Source of the DNA: Actinomycetota bacterium
Lineage (GTDB): Bacteria > Actinomycetota > Acidimicrobiia > Spongiisociales > UBA5794
DNA: 36,437 bases
Direction: 5' to 3'
Assembly: GCA_034660035.1 (NCBI GenBank)
Contig: JAYEIJ010000011.1
Location: 3,425 to 39,861 of the forward strand
The notes under the pieces are model-generated. The model was given only the letters and a program-made list of their open reading frames with translations. It did not search any database and was not told the origin of the DNA. Made by a program: the position numbers and the translations under genes. This document shows positions 28,999-36,437 of this stretch, piece by piece (positions within the stretch are counted from its first letter, which is position 1; the number at the start of each line of letters is the position of its first letter).

Positions 28999-29199
28999 AT
29001 GGCACGACAGAGCACCAACGACGGACTCCGCTGCAGCACGTGCGGGCAGGACTCCGTGATCGAGATCGAACTCAAGCTTCCAGACGGATCGGAAGTGGTG
29101 TTCTGCTCGTGTCATCGGTGTGAGTCGAAGTGGTGGGATCGCGACGGGGAACACCTCGATCTGGACGCACTCGTCGACGTTGCTCGCCGCGAGGCGTAG
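28999..29199 (+). CDS. Small zinc-ribbon-like hypothetical protein
   Basis: CSTC ... CSCHRCE..W; TACTCT 7 nt before ATG 28999; the ORF-track extension to 28918 is only repeat sequence. Confidence 0.72.
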   Translation: MARQSTNDGLRCSTCGQDSVIEIELKLPDGSEVVFCSCHRCESKWWDRDGEHLDLDALVDVARREA

Positions 29200-29233
29200 A
29201 TTCCGGCCGACGGCCCTAATGGTCGGCCATCGC

Positions 29234-29239
29234 TAGCCT
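29234..29239 (+). promoter_or_regulatory. Putative -10 box (TAGCCT), leaderless type
   Basis: TAnnnT 7 nt before GTG 29247; no SD. Confidence 0.55.
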
Positions 29240-29246
29240 CTCGACC

Positions 29247-31445
29247 GTGACCTCTCCACCTCCGTCTGCCGTCATGGAGTCTGCTTCCGAGCCTTCGGAG
29301 GCCGTGGGCACGGGTGCCGTGCCGACCTGGTTGATCATCGTGCTCATCGGAGCGCCGACGGTGCTCATCTTGCTCATCATGTCGGGAGTTCTCGGTGTCA
29401 TCGGGTCCGGATCGTTGATCCGGTTCCCGCAGATCCTCGTCGCCAACACACCGACCGGCGGGGATATGGGCGCACACGTGCTCTTGCCACAGGTCCTGAA
29501 GGATGTGCTGCTGCCATCCGGCCGGCTATTCGGCTGGTCGAGCACCTGGTACGCGGGATTTCCCGCCCTCTACTTCTACTTCCCGATTCCGGCGCTCATC
29601 ACCGTGTTGCTCGACGTGTTCCTGCCCTACGGTGTCGCCTTCAAGCTTGTGACGATCGTTGGACTGGTGGCGCTCCCCGTCGCCACGTATGCGTTCCTGC
29701 GCCTCCTCGCCTTCTCCCGCCCGGTCGCTGCGCTCGCTGCGCTCACGGGATCGATGTTCGTCTTCATGGAGAGCTTCTCGATCTTCGGCGCCAACATCAA
29801 GTCGACATTGGCCGGCGAGTTCTCGTTCTCATGGTCCTTCGCGTTGTCGATCATCTATCTCGGAATCGTCGCTCGCGACACGCGCCTCGGGAGGAGGTTC
29901 ACACCGTGGGCCGGGATCGTCCTGGCTCTGACGGCGATGACTCACATCGTGACCACGATGATCGTCGTCGTTGTCGCAGCGTCGCTTCTGTTCAGAAGGA
30001 ACGGGCCGCGAACGGTGATCTCGTCGTGGATCGTTGGTTTCGCGATCAGCGCGTTCTGGGCTCTGCCGCTCGGTATCCGGGTGCTCCAGGGCATGACCAC
30101 CGACATGGGATGGGCGCCGGTGGGCAATATCGTCGGCGATACGACCCCGGGGTCGCCGCTGCCGGGAGAGTTCATCCCGGTGCTTGTGCTTGGGCTCGTC
30201 GGGATGGTGTGGACGATGCTGCGACGGGACGACGTAACGGTGCTCGTATGGCTGACGCTGTTGCCGCTTGCCGGCTACTTCATCCTCCCGAAGATCGGCA
30301 TCACCGCCCTCTACAACGCTCGTCTTCTTCCGTACTGGTACTTCGGCATGTACGTGTTCGCCGGAATCGCACTCGGTCTGGCGGTTCTCGAGATCTCGCG
30401 ACGCGTCCCCCTGCGAAGATCCGTGCTCGTGGGCGCTTCGATCGGTGCCGGATTTGTCGTGCTTGCCGCGAGCATTCTCTCGATTCACGACGTGCCCGGC
30501 TGGGTGAAGTGGAACTTCGAGGGATACGAGGGCAAGACGGACTACCACGAGTACCGGACACTGATGGAGACGGTCGACACGCTGCCACCCGGTCGCATCA
30601 TGTGGGAAGCGAACTCCGACATGAACAAGTACGGGACGCCGATGGCGCTGATGCTGTTCCCGTATTGGAGCGAGGGACATCCATCGATGGAGGGACTGTT
30701 CTTCGAATCGTCGCTTACCACACCGTTCCACTTCCTGAACGCGTCCGAAGTCAGCGAACGGCCTTCGAATCCTGTGCGCGGCCTCGACTACCGCGGATTC
30801 GACATGGAACGAGGGATCGCCCATCTGGCCGTGTACGACGTCGCCTACTACGTGAGTTTCACGGAGAAAGGCGAATCGGAAGCCCGCCTCGCCGGTCTCA
30901 TCGAGGTCGGATCGGCCTCGCCCTGGACGATCTTCGCCCTCCCCGATTCCGATCTCGTGGACATCGCGACCCTGCGACCGGCCGTGTGGGACGGCGGCGG
31001 TGACTTCCTCGATCCGTCACTCGAGTGGTACGACGACGCTGATCACCTGAACAACTGGCTCGTCGAAACCGGACCGGAGGAGTGGCTTCGAGTCGAATCC
31101 GTCGATGATCGCCTGGTCTCCGTGAAGACGTATGCCGGCACGGGCGTTGTGACCGACATCGTGGAAGAAGATGGTCGCATTTCGTTCACCACGACGGCGG
31201 TTGGCGTGCCGCACCTTGTCAAGGTGTCCTACTTCCCGAACTGGACTGTGGAAGGCGCCGATGGGCCGTACCGTGCCGCTCCATCGCTGATGGTCGTCGT
31301 TCCGACGAGCGAAGACGTCGTGCTCGAGTTCCGGAACACGTCTGCCGAGAACCTGGGCATGGTTCTCACGCTGACGGCTCTCGCGGGGTTGGCGGCATAT
31401 GCATACCGTCGGCACAAGCTTCAGCCGCGCAAGGTCGACGCATGA
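29247..31445 (+). CDS. Polytopic membrane protein, GT-C-like (PTPS-related/YfhO-like) glycosyltransferase
   Basis: TGGDMGAH and WYAGFP.LYFY in the first loop, many TM helices, soluble C-domain ending SYFPNW + TM; coupled to gtrA. Confidence 0.7.
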   Translation: MTSPPPSAVMESASEPSEAVGTGAVPTWLIIVLIGAPTVLILLIMSGVLGVIGSGSLIRFPQILVANTPTGGDMGAHVLLPQVLKDVLLPSGRLFGWSSTWYAGFPALYFYFPIPALITVLLDVFLPYGVAFKLVTIVGLVALPVATYAFLRLLAFSRPVAALAALTGSMFVFMESFSIFGANIKSTLAGEFSFSWSFALSIIYLGIVARDTRLGRRFTPWAGIVLALTAMTHIVTTMIVVVVAASLLFRRNGPRTVISSWIVGFAISAFWALPLGIRVLQGMTTDMGWAPVGNIVGDTTPGSPLPGEFIPVLVLGLVGMVWTMLRRDDVTVLVWLTLLPLAGYFILPKIGITALYNARLLPYWYFGMYVFAGIALGLAVLEISRRVPLRRSVLVGASIGAGFVVLAASILSIHDVPGWVKWNFEGYEGKTDYHEYRTLMETVDTLPPGRIMWEANSDMNKYGTPMALMLFPYWSEGHPSMEGLFFESSLTTPFHFLNASEVSERPSNPVRGLDYRGFDMERGIAHLAVYDVAYYVSFTEKGESEARLAGLIEVGSASPWTIFALPDSDLVDIATLRPAVWDGGGDFLDPSLEWYDDADHLNNWLVETGPEEWLRVESVDDRLVSVKTYAGTGVVTDIVEEDGRISFTTTAVGVPHLVKVSYFPNWTVEGADGPYRAAPSLMVVVPTSEDVVLEFRNTSAENLGMVLTLTALAGLAAYAYRRHKLQPRKVDA

Positions 31446-31903
31446 GGCGCTATCTCCGCAGCTTCATGACGAAGGAGGCGTTCGAACAGTTCGTCAAGGT
31501 CGGACTCGTCGGTGTCGCGAACACGATCGTGTCCTTCGCTCTGTTCAACCTCTTCCTCTGGATGGGGTGGTGGTCGGTGGCAGCGGTGAGCGTTGCATTC
31601 GCGCTCACGACTTTCATGTCGTATCTCCTGAACCGAATCTGGACGTTCGAACTCAAGGACGGAAAGGTCTCCGGCACGGAGACGATGCGCTTCTACCTGG
31701 TCAACGTCGCAGCCTGGGCCGGCACTGCCGGGACGATGTGGCTCGCGGAAACGATGTTCGGGCCGTTGTCCACAGTCTCGGCGAATGCCGTGTACCTAAC
31801 GACCTCGATCGTGATCCTCCTCCCGAAGTTCGCGTCCTATCGCGACATCGTGTTCGGGGGGGCGATCAAGGCGCAGGAGAACAGCTCCTCCGACGCAAGA
31901 TAG
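31442..31903 (+). CDS. GtrA family flippase-like protein
   Basis: QFVKVGLVGVANTIV, SYLLNRIWTF, RFYLVN; four hydrophobic helices; ATGA overlap. Confidence 0.85.
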   Translation: MRRYLRSFMTKEAFEQFVKVGLVGVANTIVSFALFNLFLWMGWWSVAAVSVAFALTTFMSYLLNRIWTFELKDGKVSGTETMRFYLVNVAAWAGTAGTMWLAETMFGPLSTVSANAVYLTTSIVILLPKFASYRDIVFGGAIKAQENSSSDAR

Positions 31904-31909
31904 GGAGGA

Positions 31910-32617
31910 TCAGGGTCGCAGGCTCTTGCGGATCCGCCACACGCCTCTGAGCGTGCGCGGTACTCGTTTGGCAAGACTGCTCTTCGTCTCGCGCTTCTCC
32001 TCGACGACGGCCGGCACTTCGGTGATGCGGTACCCGGCGCGCTCCGCACGGACGACGAGCTCTGTATCGAACAGATCCTGGGTGGAGATCACCTCCGGCG
32101 CGATCCGGTCGATGACGTCGCGACGGATCGCCTTCATGCCGTGCGTGTCTGACACGCCGGATGACAGCACGAACCGCAGGACCTGATTGAACGTCCACGT
32201 AGCGAACCGGCGGACGTGGCCGCGCCGGTCGTCTGCACCCTCGGCTCGTTTCGAGGCCAGAACAAGATCTGCATCGTCGCCGACAGCGAGAACCGATCGG
32301 AGGAACTCACCGGAGAAGTAGTCGATGTCGAAGTTGACGGCCCACTCGCCGTCGGTGGAGAGGAACCCTTCCCTCATGGCTGCTCCATAGTCCGGTGTGG
32401 GGAGCTCGAGCAGGGCAAGCCCGGGATACCGACCGATCAACTCGCGGACCGCCTCGGCAGTGCCATCGGTCGAACCGTTCTCAGCCACCAGAACCGTGAC
32501 CGACGCCTGGATGCCGGCGATCTCCTCGAAGAGCTCTGCAAGAGCGCCGGGGAGGTAGTCCGCTTCGTTGTGAACTGGGATCACGACCGAGATGGTCGTC
32601 GGTGGGTCAGAGGTCAT
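31910..32617 (-). CDS. GT2 polyprenol-phosphate glycosyltransferase-like
   Basis: SVVIPVHNE, ENGSTDGT, DID (DxD), LVLASK, SDTHGMKA, FDTELVVRA. Confidence 0.88.
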   Translation of the reverse strand: MTSDPPTTISVVIPVHNEADYLPGALAELFEEIAGIQASVTVLVAENGSTDGTAEAVRELIGRYPGLALLELPTPDYGAAMREGFLSTDGEWAVNFDIDYFSGEFLRSVLAVGDDADLVLASKRAEGADDRRGHVRRFATWTFNQVLRFVLSSGVSDTHGMKAIRRDVIDRIAPEVISTQDLFDTELVVRAERAGYRITEVPAVVEEKRETKSSLAKRVPRTLRGVWRIRKSLRP

Positions 32618-32677
32618 CTGGGCGGTGAGTGTAGGAACGGATCGGAAACAGGGACTCGGCCCGCCCGAGAGCGACCG

Positions 32678-32683
32678 TACAAT
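32678..32683 (+). promoter_or_regulatory. Putative -10 box (TACAAT) of leaderless manB transcript
   Basis: TACAAT 6 nt before ATG 32690; no SD. Confidence 0.6.
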
Positions 32684-32689
32684 CCCACC

Positions 32690-34027
32690 ATGGATCTTGA
32701 CACCATCTTCAAGGCGTACGACATCCGGGGTCTCTACCCGTCTGAGATCGATGAGGAGGCGGCTCGACGAATCGGGCGCGGTTTCGCCGCGTTCGCCGAT
32801 GTCGATCGGATCGCCGTTGGACGGGATTGTCGGACCTCGTCGCCTGCGATCACCGCAGCGCTCATCGACGGGATCACCGGCACGGGAACCGATGTCATCG
32901 ATATCGGCGAGATCACAACCGACGGCCTCTACTTCGTATCCGGATCGATGGACCTTCCCGGCGTGGTCGTGACCGCATCACACAATCCACCCGAGTACAA
33001 CGGGCTGAAGTTCTGCCTGGCCGGCGCTGCGCCGGTCGGTGAGGACACGGGGTTGAACGACATCAAGAGAATCGCTGCCTCGGAATACGAGGCACAGGAT
33101 GATCGCGGTTCTGTCGAAGCCATCGACATTCTCGATGGATATGTTGACCATCTCTTCGGAGTTGTCGACGCCGGTGTGTTCTCGGACTTGACCGTCGTGG
33201 CGGATGGAGGAAACGGGATGGCCGGTATCGCACTGCCGACGGTGTTCGAGCGGTTGCCTGCCCAACTCATCGGCCTCTACCTCGAGCCGGATGGCTCCTT
33301 CCCGAACCACCCGGCCGATCCGCTCAGACCGGAGAATCTGGTCGATCTCCTCGCCCTCATGGATGAGAGGAAGCCGGACCTCGGTGTGGCGTTCGACGGT
33401 GATGCCGACAGGGCGTTCTTCATCGATGACCGGGGCGTCCCGCTGCCCGGAAGTACAACGACGGCGATCATCGGTGATTGGTTTCTCAGACGAGAGCCCG
33501 GTGCGTCGATCGTGCACAACCTCATCTGTTCCAAGGCGGTTCCCGAAAGGGTTCGCATCGCTGGAGGCACTCCGGTTCGGACGAGAGTTGGGCACTCGTT
33601 CATCAAGCAAGTCATGAAGGAGACCGGCGCTGTATTCGGTGGCGAACACTCCGGTCACTACTACTTCCGCGACAACTACCGCGCCGACTCGGGGATCCTC
33701 GCGATGCTCGTGCTGATGCAGGTGATGTCAGAGGATGGGCGCCCTCTCTCCGAGCTCCGTCTCGAATACGAACCGTACGTAGGCTCGGGCGAGATCAACT
33801 ACGATGTTGCAGACCAATCCGTGGCGACCGCTGCTGTGGCTGCCGCATACGGCGACGCCCAGATCGATCATCTCGACGGACTGACCGTCGACCTCGGCGA
33901 TCGGTGGTTCAACCTTCGACCGTCGAATACCGAGCCGAAGCTCAGGCTCAACGCAGAAGCCCCAGACGCCGCCGGAGTCGATGAACTCGTCGCTGCGGTG
34001 GCATCGATCATCGAGGAGGGACCGTGA
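32690..34027 (+). CDS. manB: Phosphomannomutase/phosphoglucomutase
   Basis: FKAYDIRG, TASHNP, FDGDADR, GEHSGH, RPSNTEP. Confidence 0.94.
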   Translation: MDLDTIFKAYDIRGLYPSEIDEEAARRIGRGFAAFADVDRIAVGRDCRTSSPAITAALIDGITGTGTDVIDIGEITTDGLYFVSGSMDLPGVVVTASHNPPEYNGLKFCLAGAAPVGEDTGLNDIKRIAASEYEAQDDRGSVEAIDILDGYVDHLFGVVDAGVFSDLTVVADGGNGMAGIALPTVFERLPAQLIGLYLEPDGSFPNHPADPLRPENLVDLLALMDERKPDLGVAFDGDADRAFFIDDRGVPLPGSTTTAIIGDWFLRREPGASIVHNLICSKAVPERVRIAGGTPVRTRVGHSFIKQVMKETGAVFGGEHSGHYYFRDNYRADSGILAMLVLMQVMSEDGRPLSELRLEYEPYVGSGEINYDVADQSVATAAVAAAYGDAQIDHLDGLTVDLGDRWFNLRPSNTEPKLRLNAEAPDAAGVDELVAAVASIIEEGP

Positions 34028-34206
34028 CCGACCATCTGATCGACCCGGCATTGCTGGAGATCATGCAATGTCCGTCCTGCACGGGAACGCTCACCGTGCG
34101 TCCCGAGCCGCCGGCACTTGTCTGCTCGGATTGCGGACTTCAGTACCCGATTCGAGATGGCATTCCCGTCATGCTGATCGACGAAGCTACCCCCTCAGAT
34201 CGATGA
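34024..34206 (+). CDS. Trm112 family protein
   Basis: LLEIMQCPSC..CSDC..YPIRDGIPVML.DEA; GTGA overlap. Confidence 0.88.
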   Translation: MTDHLIDPALLEIMQCPSCTGTLTVRPEPPALVCSDCGLQYPIRDGIPVMLIDEATPSDR

Positions 34207-35195
34207 CGATGTTCGATGACATCCTGAGCCTGCCGGAACAACTCCGGTGGGGGGTCGGCCACGACATCGCTCCGTTGCGGTCCGACGGGCCGATCGTGTT
34301 GCTCGGCATGGGAGGATCGGCGATGGCGGCCACGATCGGGACGCTCGCATCAACGCCGCGCTCACCGATGATCGTCCATCGTGGCTACGGACTCCCTCAG
34401 TGGGCGGCAGAGGGAGGGGTTTCTGTGCTCGCCGTCTCCTACAGCGGGAACACTGAAGAAGTGCTCTCAGGGGTCGAGCAGGCGATCTCAGCAGATCTCG
34501 ATCTGACCGTGATCGCCTCGGGAGGCAGACTCGGAGAGATCGCCGTAGAGCGCAGCCTGCCATACATAGAGGTTCCGGGAGGCCTCCAGCCCCGTGCCGG
34601 AGTCGGATACCAGGTCGCGGCCGTGATGGCCATGCTCGGCGCCGGCGGCCACGTCCCGGACCCCGATGCTTCCCTTGATGAAGCTGCCGACATCGTCGAC
34701 CGACTGCTCGACGGCGGAAGGGGTGGCGCCGTGCAACTCGGCCGCGATCTCGCGTCCGGTCTTGAAGACAGGATCGCTGTGATCTACGGCGGTCTCGGAG
34801 TCGGTTCAACGGCGGCGTACCGATGGAAGACACAGATCAACGAGAACGCCAAGCTTCCCGCCTTCTCCGGGACCGTTCCGGAGATGAACCACAACGAACT
34901 CGAAGGATGGCAACCGGGGTCGAGCGGCGCATTCGGATTGATCTACCTCAGGGACTCCGCTGATCACCCCGGGGTGGCTCGTCGATTGGATCTCTCAGGA
35001 ACGGTGCTATCCGGGAAGGTCCGTCGGGTCGGTGACGTCCATTCGACCGGAGACGGCCCTCTCGCTCGATTCTTCAGCCTTGCCGTCGTCGGGGACATCG
35101 CATCCGTTGCGATGGCGGAGGCGACCGGGGTCGACCCGACACCGGTCGAGACTCTCGAAGCTTTCAAGACCATGCTCACGAAAGGAGCGCCATGA
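34203..35195 (+). CDS. SIS-domain bifunctional phosphoglucose/phosphomannose isomerase
   Basis: GMGGS, SYSGNTEE, SGG.L, QPR, RWKTQINENAK, PEMNHNE; ATGA overlap. Confidence 0.88.
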   Translation: MTMFDDILSLPEQLRWGVGHDIAPLRSDGPIVLLGMGGSAMAATIGTLASTPRSPMIVHRGYGLPQWAAEGGVSVLAVSYSGNTEEVLSGVEQAISADLDLTVIASGGRLGEIAVERSLPYIEVPGGLQPRAGVGYQVAAVMAMLGAGGHVPDPDASLDEAADIVDRLLDGGRGGAVQLGRDLASGLEDRIAVIYGGLGVGSTAAYRWKTQINENAKLPAFSGTVPEMNHNELEGWQPGSSGAFGLIYLRDSADHPGVARRLDLSGTVLSGKVRRVGDVHSTGDGPLARFFSLAVVGDIASVAMAEATGVDPTPVETLEAFKTMLTKGAP

Positions 35196-36437
35196 ACTAC
35201 GACATCGCCGATTCATCACTGGCACCCGAAGGACATCGACGGATCGCGTGGGCCGACCGCAGAATGCCGGTCCTCGCTGCGATCCGGGAACGGTTCGAGG
35301 CCGAGCGGCCGCTGGAGGGCATCCGGGTCGCCGCTTGCATGCACGTGACGAGCGAGACGGCGACGCTCATGCAAACGCTGCGTGTCGGCGGGGCGTCGGT
35401 GGTCCTGTGTGCTTCGAACCCCCTGTCGACCCAGGATGACGTGGCCGCGGCTCTCGTCGATGATGGCATCCCCGTGTACGCCGTGCGTGGTGAGGATTCC
35501 GATACGTTCTACGAACACATCAACGCGATCCTCGACACCGACCCACACATCGTGTTCGACGATGGGGCGGATACGACAACCGTGCTCCACCGTCAACGGA
35601 AGGAGCAGCCGATCCTCGGAGGCCTCGAGGAGACGACGACCGGCGTGCTCCGTCTTCGAGCGATGGCTGCCGAAGGAGTTCTTCGATACCCGGTCGTCGC
35701 CGTGAACGACTCCGCAACGAAGCATCTGTTCGACAACCGCCACGGAACCGGACAATCGTCGATCGACGGGATCCTCCGGGCTTCGAACATCCTCTTCGCC
35801 GGACGCACGGTGGTCGTCGCCGGCTTCGGTGATTGCGGATGGGGTGTCGCTCGACGCGCAGCGGGGCTTGGGGCCAGTGTCGTCGTCATCGAAGTCGATC
35901 CGATTCGGGCGCTCTCGGCGGCCATGGAGGGCTATCGGGTGATGACGGCAGCCGAGGCGGCGCCGATCGGGGATGTCTTCCTCACGGTGACGGGCGACAT
36001 CCACATCTTCCGACCCGAGCACTTCCTCGTGATGAAGGACAGCGCGATTCTCGCGAACGCGGGGCACTTCGATGTGGAACTTGATCTGATCGGACTTCGC
36101 GAGATGGCGGTCGATAGGCGCGAGATCCGGGAGAATCTCGAGGAGTTCGAACTGGAAGACGGACGCCGGATCATCGTCGTAGCTGAGGGAAGGCTCGTGA
36201 ATCTCAGTGCAGCCGAGGGTCACCCGGCCGACGTGATGGACATGTCGTTCGCCGATCAGGCACTCGCTGCAGAATGGCTCGTCCAGGGTGGCGGCGATCT
36301 CCCGCCCGATGTGTACACGTTGCCCCGTGAACTCGACGAATCCGTCGCGCGGCTCAAGCTGGAAGCGATGGGAGCATCGCTGGAGACCCTGACAGAAGAA
36401 CAAGCCCGATACCTGGAGTCCTGGGAAGAAGGAACGT
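35192..36437 (+). CDS. ahcY: Adenosylhomocysteinase (stop just beyond window)
   Basis: Absent from the ORF track; translates MNYDIAD..MPVL..MHVTSET..SNPLSTQD..EETTTG..KHLFDN..GHFDVE..GRLVNL..GHP..YLESWEEGT; AAGGAG RBS, ATGA overlap. Confidence 0.95.
   Translation, partial: MNYDIADSSLAPEGHRRIAWADRRMPVLAAIRERFEAERPLEGIRVAACMHVTSETATLMQTLRVGGASVVLCASNPLSTQDDVAAALVDDGIPVYAVRGEDSDTFYEHINAILDTDPHIVFDDGADTTTVLHRQRKEQPILGGLEETTTGVLRLRAMAAEGVLRYPVVAVNDSATKHLFDNRHGTGQSSIDGILRASNILFAGRTVVVAGFGDCGWGVARRAAGLGASVVVIEVDPIRALSAAMEGYRVMTAAEAAPIGDVFLTVTGDIHIFRPEHFLVMKDSAILANAGHFDVELDLIGLREMAVDRREIRENLEEFELEDGRRIIVVAEGRLVNLSAAEGHPADVMDMSFADQALAAEWLVQGGGDLPPDVYTLPRELDESVARLKLEAMGASLETLTEEQARYLESWEEGT

Noticed and set aside
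28540-29199. IS element or toxin-antitoxin pair
   Set aside because: No transposase or integrase motifs, terminal inverted repeats with target duplication, or recognisable toxin fold
29205-29228. Hairpin ggccgac..gtcggcc after the zinc-ribbon gene as a terminator
   Set aside because: Short GC stem without U-tract; could be chance in high-GC DNA
32216-32689. ORF-track N-terminal extensions (manB, tkt, sirtuin, cofD, PBP, SIS, zinc ribbon)
   Set aside because: They overlap neighbouring genes or repeats; family motifs, RBS or -10 positions support later starts

Overview
GC-rich actinobacterial chromosome segment; gene order and content suggest Acidimicrobiia (inference). It is mostly housekeeping. 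From left to right: E2 acyltransferase (5'-truncated), a fused LipB-LipA, an M24 peptidase, transketolase, PduO and PepA; then rhodanese-MoeB, a sirtuin, a hypothetical, an ABC exporter and a class A PBP. Next come methylmalonyl-CoA mutase, acyl-CoA carboxylase alpha and beta subunits with an SLT gene between them, BirA, a GalE-like epimerase and F420 cofE/cofD. The window ends with the conserved actinobacterial GT2-DUF5719-DUF3499-manB-Trm112-SIS-ahcY block. The main unexplained structure is four intergenic, two-armed arrays of 7-bp (one arm 8-bp) tandem repeats. Their arms face each other, several supply stop codons of the flanking genes, and one may supply a -10 box. Also notable: whiB is missing from its usual site, and cofD and the GT2 gene overlap head-to-head on one CATG. 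The large GT2 appears to have lost its catalytic motifs. A Gtr-like three-gene glycosylation module and two tiny Cys-rich genes sit before manB, and TAnnnT-N6-8-start (leaderless-type) promoters recur. All calls come from reading motifs by eye; no database searches were run.
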